Position numbers and translations under genes: made by a program. A stretch of DNA of 64,000 nt from a virus. Where the stretch lies: the IMG/VR virus record IMGVR_UViG_3300007352_000398. One strand, written 5' to 3'. Below the pieces are notes generated by a model. It searched no databases. It was not told where the DNA came from and saw only the letters and a list, made by a program, of their open reading frames with translations. Of this stretch, positions 49,415 to 57,921 are shown one piece after another; within the stretch, counting starts at the first letter, position 1, and each line of letters begins with the position of its first letter.

Positions 49415-50419
49415 TTACTCCTCTCCTACGTCGTCCTCGCTATCGTCATTTTCATCCTGTTGATGTATGCAGCCTATTCTTTGACAAATATCACACCACT
49501 CATGCTCACACTCTGGCTCACCCTCTCCGCCAACATTTTCTCTACATAGGTAACAATAATCTCCTTGAAGAACGCGTTGGCAACTATCACATTGCTCTCG
49601 CCCTATATCCTCAATTATGTATGCTGCCTCTAAATCCCGAGTGTCGGGATCATTCGCACAATCACTACAAAGAGTATCTCCTTCACGAGTAAGATACATC
49701 ACATCATACCCACCAGGCCAAGCGTAACTAGTTAATAACCCCCTATCGTCTATCATGCGCTTTAGATGAACGGGTAAAGCATTTCGCCACCGACGGCGTG
49801 CATGTCGCTCTTTTGCCATTTGATGAGCCCCCTCAGAACGCTGGGGATAAACCCCACTTCTTATTTGTAATTGTCGAAGCTTACGTAACGCATCCGTATC
49901 ACCGGACTCAGCCAATCGCTCTAAGCGGCGAATTTCTTCGTCAGGATTTTTTTCATACGGCCAATATTTTATAACAAGTTTTTCAACTAAATGCTGGGGC
50001 AGTATTCGTCCAGTTTGTCTAAAATGATCATCGACAATTTGTCTGGTTGCGAAACGAACAGACAGGCCCCTTCGGGCCAACTCTTTAAGTTTGGCGCGAA
50101 ATATAAGGCCAAATTCTGAATCTTCTGAAGGCTCTGAATCTGGGTTTTTTTTTCTAGCCGTAGCTGGTGAAGGTAATGTCTTAATAGATAAAGTGTACCA
50201 TTGATCTAGCCAATGATTCAAGTTAGTCCGCATCTCAGCTCTATAGCGTTGCGGATTCCACCCGTGTCTTAATAAGATACGTTCGACTTTTTTAGGATCT
50301 CTGCCGTTTAGACGTGCCCACCCGGTAACATCTTCTATCCACGATTGCACTGCTATCTCCCAAAGAGATAGAGACTTAAAGCAACTCCTCCAATTAAGGA
50401 TGCCCCCAAAAGAACACAA
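49415..50419 (-). CDS. Multi-module hypothetical protein (NP-separated modules, Zn-binding C-terminus); start uncertain
   Basis: RKKNPD and EKNPDEEIRRLERLAESGD; SYAWPGGY...LCSDCA phage-type motif; further CxxC pairs. Confidence 0.6.
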   Translation of the reverse strand: MCSFGGILNWRSCFKSLSLWEIAVQSWIEDVTGWARLNGRDPKKVERILLRHGWNPQRYRAEMRTNLNHWLDQWYTLSIKTLPSPATARKKNPDSEPSEDSEFGLIFRAKLKELARRGLSVRFATRQIVDDHFRQTGRILPQHLVEKLVIKYWPYEKNPDEEIRRLERLAESGDTDALRKLRQLQIRSGVYPQRSEGAHQMAKERHARRRWRNALPVHLKRMIDDRGLLTSYAWPGGYDVMYLTREGDTLCSDCANDPDTRDLEAAYIIEDIGREQCDSCQRVLQGDYCYLCRENVGGEGEPECEHEWCDICQRIGCIHQQDENDDSEDDVGEE

Positions 50420-51201
50420 TGTTTTTTCGAGCTTACTGGGCTCGCTGGGCTTGCTGGAATATTTACAACCTCAGGCTCTTCTCCGAAGCTTGGAGTTACT
50501 GGCAAGGGCTCTAATTTAGAAGGATTTATGTTATCAACACCCTTTTCAAGTGTTTTCTTGTGGGCCAGAGCAATTTGTTTTATTTGATCTTCTTTGCTCG
50601 CTTGCTCTTTCAATGCGGGTGGAAGCTTAATACTTGCACTGTGCATTAACTTTTGAATGCCATCGGCAAGCTGTTGATGCAGTTTTTTTTGTGTTCCAAC
50701 AGCATTCTTACATCTTTCATAATCCGCATCGATATCACGAAGACGCAACCCGAGTTCTTTTTGAACACCAATTTTTTTATGTCTATCAGCTAAGGGCTGT
50801 TTAAGAGTTTCGGCTGCAAGCTGGTAATTCATAGTAGTTTCATCTAAAACTTTTTTACACCGTGAAACCATATAGCCTATGCCCCTGTTACGGTGAATAA
50901 ATGTACGATGTAAACCTTGTAAATACTCTAACTCATTTCGATCAAAATACTTAACCAGAGCTTCCAATCTCTTAAGACCAATAATAGCAGAATCAGCGGC
51001 CTCATTAAGTTTGCTGTGCTCTGTGGCAAGATCGTTATACGTTTGACGATGTTTACGTAGCGTTTCTGTAACCCATTTAATAAATTCTACGGCGTCAGCC
51101 GGTTCCAGCCGGCGATCAAGAGCTTCGTCTGCTTGATGTGCCAATTTTTCATGTAAGTCTTGGCCAAAAGAATTATCTCTAATAAGCATCGAATTCCTCA
51201 T
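50353..51201 (-). CDS. Coiled-coil tail-anchored protein
   Basis: NSFGQD, long coils, PSFGEE and C-terminal TM. Confidence 0.7.
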   Translation of the reverse strand: MRNSMLIRDNSFGQDLHEKLAHQADEALDRRLEPADAVEFIKWVTETLRKHRQTYNDLATEHSKLNEAADSAIIGLKRLEALVKYFDRNELEYLQGLHRTFIHRNRGIGYMVSRCKKVLDETTMNYQLAAETLKQPLADRHKKIGVQKELGLRLRDIDADYERCKNAVGTQKKLHQQLADGIQKLMHSASIKLPPALKEQASKEDQIKQIALAHKKTLEKGVDNINPSKLEPLPVTPSFGEEPEVVNIPASPASPVSSKKHCVLLGASLIGGVALSLYLFGR

Positions 51202-51237
51202 TGGGAATTATATCAAATAGGAAGGCCAATGAATGGA

Positions 51238-51558
51238 CTAACTGCTCTTTTTCTTCTTTCTACGATATGCCCACGCAAAGCCAAGAAAAGCTACTCCAAG
51301 CAACCATACTGGAAACCCTCCAATGTTTTGAGCGAAAATTGATTTTGGAGGGGGTCCTGCGCGCATTGGCTGTGCTATTGGTGTGACCTCACTAGCTACA
51401 GTAATCTCCTCTTCTTCCTCATCTTCTTCCTCATCCTCATCAACTTGTCCAAGACGAATATCCATTCGTTTTACAGGAGGAGAGGCTCCGTATCTGCTAT
51501 AAAGATCATCGAATATTCCTTGATCTGTTTGTCCATAAATAGAAGAATATAAGCTCAT
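51238..51558 (-). CDS. Tail-anchored protein with acidic tract
   Basis: IYGQ, RLGQ, poly-Glu/Asp, TM plus RRKKKK. Confidence 0.7.
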   Translation of the reverse strand: MSLYSSIYGQTDQGIFDDLYSRYGASPPVKRMDIRLGQVDEDEEEDEEEEEITVASEVTPIAQPMRAGPPPKSIFAQNIGGFPVWLLGVAFLGFAWAYRRKKKKSS

Positions 51559-51950
51559 TACAATCCTCGGAGTATTCTTGCAGCGAAGTACATTCTAAAA
51601 GTAGCTTGTGCTGCTGCACCGTTTACATATATAATTCTAGCAAATGGCGCAACAACCTGAACAGCAACCGCGTTGTTGTCTATGTCAGCGGCAGTAATAG
51701 CGTAAACCGACCGAGATACAAGGGAAGTCGCTGGGGATCCCGCTGGCAAATCAGCTGATTGCAAGGCTTGTTCTATGATAATGCCATTAGGTGTAGCACT
51801 GGCAACGTTAGAAAATGCAAACCCTGCTATATGTGTATACCCTAAGACATTGAATGTAGTTCCAATAAAGGAAGCACCACCACCTAAAGGAGTGGTCTCC
51901 TGCACCATTACCATTGAGTCTGCTTGCGAAAGATTTACATTGTTTACCAT
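51558..51950 (-). CDS. Beta-sandwich protein, candidate penton/vertex jelly roll
   Basis: Alternating hydrophobic strands (TTPL.GGASFIG...VVAPFARIIYVNG...TFRMYF); directly follows the candidate capsid gene. Confidence 0.45.
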   Translation of the reverse strand: MVNNVNLSQADSMVMVQETTPLGGGASFIGTTFNVLGYTHIAGFAFSNVASATPNGIIIEQALQSADLPAGSPATSLVSRSVYAITAADIDNNAVAVQVVAPFARIIYVNGAAAQATFRMYFAARILRGL

Positions 51951-51952
51951 AG

Positions 51953-52675
51953 TTATCTATTTCTAAAGATATCATCCAATTCGTCAATTGGGAACCAATG
52001 TCCAGTCAGTATTGCTTGCACTGCAATGTTTCTTGCCAGAGGATCGCTTGTGCTAATAGCGTTCATAGCACTAACTTGGATTGTTGTACTTTCATTAGCA
52101 ATGGTAAATAATTTAGCCTCAATTTCCATTGAAGACATTAACAATGGAAAATTGCCAAAACTAAAAATTTGAGTTCCGCCAACCTCAACCCGCCAGTGAA
52201 TGTCGTCTGGCTGTCCATTGGATTTTTGATAAGCACTCGAATCACCAATGAATTGCCGAAGGCCAGTGATTACCGCGGCATATCCAGAGGGTACGTTAAG
52301 AACTCCACTAGAAGCTGTTTGTGGTGAACCAGGTGGTAGTGTTGCGATATCCACCAATAAAGGAACAAATGCCGTTGGATCTGGTGGGAGTAGAGCAACA
52401 CCGTATACTATAAATCTTTGAGACCGGAACGACTCGTAGTTCATTCGCGGTAAATAGTTAATTGCAGTAAAGTTTACCGGATTAACCAATCCACCTGGGA
52501 TTGGTTCCATAAAAGGCCGATAAGCACCGCCTACTGTAGAATAAATATCAGCTTCTAATCCTGGAAGAAAGGTTCCATCGGGTAAAGAAAGCGCACCTGC
52601 TCCTCGAAGGTCCTCAGGGAGTTCTCCGAAGTCTCCAAAGCCAGAAAATTCTCTTTCAATAAAGTCTTTTTCCAT
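51953..52675 (-). CDS. Candidate single-jelly-roll capsid protein (large)
   Basis: Leader SGFGDFG; C-terminal ~130 aa with ~8 predicted beta strands (VPSGYAAVITGL, IHWRVEV, STTIQVSA, VQAILTGHWF). Confidence 0.45.
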   Translation of the reverse strand: MEKDFIEREFSGFGDFGELPEDLRGAGALSLPDGTFLPGLEADIYSTVGGAYRPFMEPIPGGLVNPVNFTAINYLPRMNYESFRSQRFIVYGVALLPPDPTAFVPLLVDIATLPPGSPQTASSGVLNVPSGYAAVITGLRQFIGDSSAYQKSNGQPDDIHWRVEVGGTQIFSFGNFPLLMSSMEIEAKLFTIANESTTIQVSAMNAISTSDPLARNIAVQAILTGHWFPIDELDDIFRNR

Positions 52676-52745
52676 GTAAAGATTACCTGACTAACTTAGT
52701 ATATCAAAATCTTGTCAAGCTTATAGGAATTGTTAGCATTAGAAT

Positions 52746-54017
52746 ATGAAATTCGATTTAAATGAATTCGATTCCTTGAATAAAGAAGAACAGAAAAAAT
52801 ATCTAATAGCTTACGGACAGGCTTTTTTTAAAACGATGGGAGTTGCTCCTGCTCAAGATGATTTATCTAAGGTCGGAGTAACCTATGTGCAAATAAGATA
52901 TCGATTTGGCAATTTAAGTAGTTATCATACAGCATGTGGCATCGACTCTCCTATAAGAAAAAGAAATATGTCAGATGATGAAATGAGAGCCTATCTAAAA
53001 TCAATAGTTAGCAAGAATATCCAACACACAGAGTGCCCTGCTTACGCTAGAAAAGATCCTTTATGCTATCCAAATTGTAGTTGCTGGATTCCAGAAGGTC
53101 GTTATGTAACAGAGCAGAATAGAACAAACATAAGGCATAAAAACGAAATGTGGTTACTACATAGACTTAGTTATTTTTTATTTAAAGATTCTCTTAATGA
53201 TAATGATGTAATGCACTTATGCGATACTCCATCTTGCTTTAATCCTGATCACCTTAGATTAGGAACAAGAGCTGAAAACATACAACAATGCGTAAACAAC
53301 GGCAGAAGAGTACATAATCCGAAGCAAATTTCGGACCATGATCTTCGAGACCCTTATGATTCTCAAAAACTATTGGATCTTGTTAAAAACAGATGTGAAA
53401 TTACTTCTAAAAATGAATGGTTATACAAATACTCTCTAGGCCCAAGTGGTTACCCACTTATAATGATCGATTCAAAGCTTTATACACTTAGTAAACTCAT
53501 ATTAGCCAATAAACTTGGAAAGTCTTACGAGGATATAGAAATAACTCGGCATCTCTTACCAGATGGCACTGAAGGACAACGTCACGATTTAAATCCAGAT
53601 CACTTAATCGAGGGTAGTCGTCGTGATAATGCAATTGACGTTGTTCTAAACAAAACGAAATTAACTGTTGAAATTATTTCATACATTCGAGATGCTGCTC
53701 CCAAAAATATCCTTAAAAAAGGAGATGCACAGAAATTCGATAAATTAATGGCGGACAAGTTCGATTTACCAGTAAATACTATTAAAAATATACGACTAGG
53801 GACAAGTTATGATGTATTTCATAATGGTAACGCAGTAAAAATAAATCTCAGTACCCCGGTATGTCAGTACGACTCACAAGGAAACTTTCTCAAAGAATAT
53901 GCATCGGTCGCAGATGCTTTAAGAACAAATAATTTTAAATCCAAAAATATGATCCAAGATGTCTGCAACGGAAAATGCAAAACTTATATGGGATTTATAT
54001 GGAAATATAAAAAATAA
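52746..54017 (+). mobile_element. Free-standing HNH homing endonuclease (2 HNH + NUMOD1-like)
   Basis: VMHLCDTPSCFNPDHL, DLNPDHL and PVCQYDSQGNFLKEY.S...MGFIWKY; homologous to the N-terminal part of 19732..21735; antisense inside a structural operon. Confidence 0.85.
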
Positions 54018-54043
54018 CTATGCAGTTCTTACCAGGGATTCGT

Positions 54044-54583
54044 TTACCCCACCGTAGTTTTCAAATCCTCGATGTGATAAACTTTGTAACCTATGAACCC
54101 CAATCTAATTTCATTAGTCGCAAGAGAAATATCAGTCAATTCAATTGTGATTGTTGACGCTCTTGCAATGAACCGAGGTTTTGGAAGAATAAGTGGAAGT
54201 TGCGCGGTACCAGCTGCAATATCAGAGTGAGTTGCAATATTGGACCATTGACGGTCGTTAGACGAGTCGCGAACCAAGAAAGCAAATGGAGCTGTTGCTA
54301 CTCGAACAACTTTCGTTAAATAAAAATCAGCTTCACGAGTTACTGAAATTGTAGTCGTTGCAGTTCCGCCCGCAGCTAATGTGATCGGCTGAGTTGCATA
54401 GATAAAGTACTCATCGAAGTTACCAGATTCGATCTTACGAATCTTTTCTGCTAACTTAAAGTTATCCTTACGTAAACGCTTATTCTCTTCTTGCATTGCA
54501 AGAAGAATTTCTTGAAGAGTTTGCAGATTTAAACCACCTGCACCGGCGTCATCTTGTCCGAATGTTCCTAAAGTTGAAGGCAT
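54044..54583 (-). CDS. Candidate single-jelly-roll capsid protein (small) with N-terminal coiled coil (start revised to ATG 54583)
   Basis: GGAG SD; LGTFGQ leader; strands FIYATQPITL, ATTTISV, ADFYLTK, FAFLVRD, LPLILPKPRFI, STITIELTD and IRLGFIGYKVY. Confidence 0.5.
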   Translation of the reverse strand: MPSTLGTFGQDDAGAGGLNLQTLQEILLAMQEENKRLRKDNFKLAEKIRKIESGNFDEYFIYATQPITLAAGGTATTTISVTREADFYLTKVVRVATAPFAFLVRDSSNDRQWSNIATHSDIAAGTAQLPLILPKPRFIARASTITIELTDISLATNEIRLGFIGYKVYHIEDLKTTVG

Positions 54584-54687
54584 GTATATCTCCAAATGTT
54601 CCCTGTTCGGGTTCGTTGATCAATAGGTCTTTTTCCAGACCTACATGTATATATTAGATCAAATTTATGAATACATATCAACTTCAT

Positions 54688-54724
54688 AAAAACAAAAAGA
54701 GCCCAGATCACTCTGGGCTCTTTT
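54688..54724 (-). terminator. Intrinsic terminator (potentially bidirectional)
   Basis: AAAAGAGCCCAGA-TCAC-TCTGGGCTCTTTT, downstream of the protamine-like gene. Confidence 0.85.
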
Positions 54725-54743
54725 GATCATAGATAATTTACTA

Positions 54744-55604
54744 TTATCTACGAGCGCGACGACGTGAACGGCGAGCGCGACGAGACTTTCTAGAACGACG
54801 AGCGCGACGACGTGAACGACGTGAACGACGAGCGCGACGACGTGAACGACGAGCCTTGCGACTACGGCGAGCGCGACGACGTGAACGACGACCGCGACGA
54901 GCCTTGCGAGACTTTCTAGAACGACGACGAGCCTTGCGACTACGACGATGTGAACGACGACCGCGACGAGCCTTGCGACTACGACGGCGAGCCTTGCGAC
55001 TACGACGAGCCGCTACTGGACGAGTGCGAAGCCCGTGTGACTTCAGCCACTTTTGAAGTTTCTTCAACTTCTTCTTAGTTGCCTTGCTCTTGCGACCACG
55101 CTTGCTGAGCATGCGGCGAACCTTACCCATCACTGAACGGGCACGTTTTCCAATCTTGCGTCCGGCTTTACCGCGCTTCAGTCCTAACTTACGACGAAGA
55201 CGATAAAGTTTCTTTACACGACGCTTAGCTTTAGCTGACCACTTTCCTTTACGGCGACCGCGCTTCGCCTTACGACCGCGCTTCTTTCCACGAGCCTTGC
55301 GACCGCGCTTCTTTCCGCCGCGACGCTTACGACCACGAGCTTTTGCGGCCTTCACTAGTGCCTTAGCTTTTCTCTTTCCGCCGAGAGCTTTTGCGGCCTT
55401 ACGGTGAACCTTGGTCCAACGACCACGACCTTTACGAAGCAAGCAAAGGAGTGCAGCGCGCTTTGAAACGCGACGTGCTTTCCTTACTTTGGGACAATGA
55501 CGCTTGCCACGAGCCTTCCGTGATTTACGTCCTTTACGCCGCAGAGCAGCGTGAGCCTTTTTAATGTTCCTACGAGCAGCTGCTCTTTGTTTTCTAGTTG
55601 CCAT
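54744..55604 (-). CDS. Protamine/histone-H1-like DNA-condensing protein
   Basis: Roughly half Arg+Lys with no Asp/Glu; C-terminal RRARRS repeats; AGGAG SD, TTGACA-18-TACACT promoter and its own terminator. Confidence 0.8.
   Translation of the reverse strand: MATRKQRAAARRNIKKAHAALRRKGRKSRKARGKRHCPKVRKARRVSKRAALLCLLRKGRGRWTKVHRKAAKALGGKRKAKALVKAAKARGRKRRGGKKRGRKARGKKRGRKAKRGRRKGKWSAKAKRRVKKLYRLRRKLGLKRGKAGRKIGKRARSVMGKVRRMLSKRGRKSKATKKKLKKLQKWLKSHGLRTRPVAARRSRKARRRSRKARRGRRSHRRSRKARRRSRKSRKARRGRRSRRRARRSRKARRSRRRARRSRRSRRRARRSRKSRRARRSRRRARR
54747..55008 (-). repeat. Imperfect tandem repeats encoding R/K-A-R-R-S-R units
   Basis: Recurrent cgacgacgtgaacga and gagccttgcgac strings. Confidence 0.85.
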
Positions 55605-55750
55605 TTAAATCTCCTTAATTAAAAGTGTAGAAAATTAATCATCTATTTGTCAACTATTTTTTAGGTATTTTTCATGATTTTTGATGATTTTTTAACTAAT
55701 TATTTTGTAAGTAGTTAGATATAGACCAAAAAATATGCTATTTTCAATGT

Positions 55751-56389
55751 ATGTACCGTCGAAACACAGATGAAAATTTAAGAGATTTAGAGCGTCGCGC
55801 TGTATCAGATCCGAGTTTACAAGTAGCGTTATCTACAGCTCGTATAAGAGCTGGCCTATGCGGAACATGCGGTAGACAACCGTCATCGATTTTTAGTGTG
55901 TGTTTAATTTGTGAGCCGTTAGAATTATCTTGGAATAGTTTAGAAATCGCAGAACTTTACGCTAAAGAATTACAAGACGCAGGTGTTCCAGAGGAAGAAG
56001 CTCTCCAAAATGCATTTAACGCATTTTGGATTTATGAAGACGCGCAGGAACATCTTCACGAAGAATTAACACGTTGGATGCGCGCTTTTAATCCAAATGA
56101 AAATCCTTGGTGCATTATAGGAAGTAATTTAACTTGGCGAAGATTATCAGGACATAAGATAGTAATTGCCTATTCAGGAGAAGAGTTACTGGCTGGGATC
56201 CTACCAAACGCAGATTGTACATTTACATTAATTTTTAACGGATCAGAGATTGTAATGCGAAATGCACATCATGATGCACCAACAGGGGAGACTTATCATA
56301 TTACTGTGGCAGAAACTTGCCCAAATTGTGGTGAGGGCTACTGCACAGAAAAAGAAATGCTTAATTGTTGTCCCGAAGAAGAAGATTAG
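55751..56389 (+). CDS. Hypothetical protein with RRNxDE.LR.LER N-terminal module
   Basis: MYRRNTDENLRDLERRA; C-terminal phage-type GSNLTWRRLSG...HHDAPTGETY domain. Confidence 0.65.
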   Translation: MYRRNTDENLRDLERRAVSDPSLQVALSTARIRAGLCGTCGRQPSSIFSVCLICEPLELSWNSLEIAELYAKELQDAGVPEEEALQNAFNAFWIYEDAQEHLHEELTRWMRAFNPNENPWCIIGSNLTWRRLSGHKIVIAYSGEELLAGILPNADCTFTLIFNGSEIVMRNAHHDAPTGETYHITVAETCPNCGEGYCTEKEMLNCCPEEED

Positions 56390-56425
56390 TCTTTACAAAT
56401 TAAAATTGAAATCTATTCATCGAAC

Positions 56426-56605
56426 ATGGATAATCTTCAAAAACTAATTTGGACCGATTGGGTTCAGATTGTGTTAGCTTCAATTCTCGGCTTTATAGGT
56501 GCTATCTCAAGTTTGCTACAGCAGAGTCATCTACTAGGGCTCGGATGTACTTGGTTTACGTTAATCTATATTTTAATGGTGGTAAAACATCGAGTACAGA
56601 ATTAA
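56426..56605 (+). CDS. 59-aa two-TM membrane protein (not in ORF track)
   Basis: MDNLQKLIWTDWVQIVLASILGFIGAISSLL...LGLGCTWFTLIYILMVVKHRVQN. Confidence 0.5.
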   Translation: MDNLQKLIWTDWVQIVLASILGFIGAISSLLQQSHLLGLGCTWFTLIYILMVVKHRVQN

Positions 56606-56607
56606 AT

Positions 56608-56638
56608 CAAAATAAATAGGGGCCCTTTGAAGGGCCCC
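56608..56638 (-). terminator. Intrinsic terminator
   Basis: GGGGCCCT-TCAA-AGGGCCCC plus TATTTATTTT after the second basic-protein gene. Confidence 0.75.
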
Positions 56639-56668
56639 AAGTCTAAGGTTTAGGATTAATGACAACAA

Positions 56669-57199
56669 TTACCGACGACGGCGAGTGCCTTTTCTCTTCC
56701 GTCCACGAGCTTTAGCAGCGCGGACAAGCTTCATAGCCTTCCGTTTGCCACCTAACGCCTTCGCAGCTTTACGGTGAACTGCGGTCCACCGACCAGGGCC
56801 TTTGCGGAGTAAGCAGAGCAATGCAGCGCGTTTACTTACTCGACGGCCTTTTTTAACTTTGGGGCAATACCGCTTACCTTTTTTCCCTTTACGCCCACGG
56901 GCCTTGCGACCACGACGGCGAGTTTTTCCTTTACGCCCACGGGCCTTGCGACCACGACGTTTTCCAGAAAGTGCACTTTTAACCTTCATGACTTTCTTTC
57001 CACGAACGTACAAAAGAATCTTCATAGCGCGGCGTTGTTTCAGAAGATCTTTTGAAACAATGCCTTTTGCTAAAACAGCGTGCTGACGCTTACGCTGTCC
57101 ACGTCGAAAGTGTCTTACACTGCCCTTCTTATCAACATAAGCGAGGGGACGTTTCTTATCACGCTTTTTAAGTGTTGCGACAACAGTTTTCTTTGCCAT
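56669..57199 (-). CDS. Lys/Arg-rich DNA-binding protein, paralog of 54744..55604
   Basis: Shares a ~60-aa block (CPKV.K.RRVSKRAALLCLLRKG.GRWT.VHRKAAKALGGKRKA); AGGAG SD. Confidence 0.8.
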   Translation of the reverse strand: MAKKTVVATLKKRDKKRPLAYVDKKGSVRHFRRGQRKRQHAVLAKGIVSKDLLKQRRAMKILLYVRGKKVMKVKSALSGKRRGRKARGRKGKTRRRGRKARGRKGKKGKRYCPKVKKGRRVSKRAALLCLLRKGPGRWTAVHRKAAKALGGKRKAMKLVRAAKARGRKRKGTRRRR

Positions 57200-57291
57200 A
57201 GTATATACTCCTGCTTCAAATAAATCGTATCAAATTTTCCACTGATTTTCCTCTGATTTTCTTTGATTTTTTTCTTTTTACTGGTTAGCTA

Positions 57292-57921
57292 TTGAGTTCG
57301 AGATGTTACTGCATACCATATAATGAGATGCAAATTCTCCAGCCTAACCCAGATGAAGCATATTTCTGGTATAAACATTATATCTACGACACCGATAAGG
57401 CAATCGAATCCTACTGTCGTCGTTATAACTTCAAAAGTAAAATGCCAGACTCGTGGAAATGGGAACTCTTTTGTGCAATCCTAATGGGTGACAAAGCTCG
57501 TGATGAAAATGTAGGATCCGATTTATTAAATCACGAAGTCAAATCAATACATGACGAAGATTTATCACCCGTAGAATATCAATACCATTGCGATTCTTGG
57601 AAGAAAAAACTTGAACAGGATCGGAACGTAAAACATGTATTCGTTTTTCATACAAGCAAGCTCGCTGATGTGATCGTAAGAACTATGGATGGCAGTCAAC
57701 TGGTTGATTATCACGATAAGTGGGAAAAAGAATTAGAAGTTTTTTGGCAACGCCCCCAGCCAGAAAATATAAGATTTAGGCGATCAATAAAACGTAAAGA
57801 CTTACGAACTAAAAGTAAAATTATTTTTATGATAAAAAATACACAATTTAATTATTACAACCCTGAAGGAATGCCAAGTGACCTATTACTCCCGTTAAAG
57901 GGACATCGCTACCATCATTAA
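57292..57921 (+). CDS. Putative PD-(D/E)xK nuclease-like protein
   Basis: WELFCAIL.G...GSDLLNHEVKS pattern (E...D-x(n)-EVK). Confidence 0.4.
   Translation: MSSRCYCIPYNEMQILQPNPDEAYFWYKHYIYDTDKAIESYCRRYNFKSKMPDSWKWELFCAILMGDKARDENVGSDLLNHEVKSIHDEDLSPVEYQYHCDSWKKKLEQDRNVKHVFVFHTSKLADVIVRTMDGSQLVDYHDKWEKELEVFWQRPQPENIRFRRSIKRKDLRTKSKIIFMIKNTQFNYYNPEGMPSDLLLPLKGHRYHH

Noticed and set aside
54624-54643. Hairpin TAGGTCT-TTTTCC-AGACCTA in the leader of the small capsid candidate
   Set aside because: Only 7 bp with no U-tract or other supporting feature; could be an operator but cannot be supported from sequence alone.
54856-55056. Arg-rich ORF on the plus strand
   Set aside because: Antisense shadow of the CGN/TCA-rich protamine repeat; no SD or promoter, whereas the minus-strand gene has both plus a terminator.
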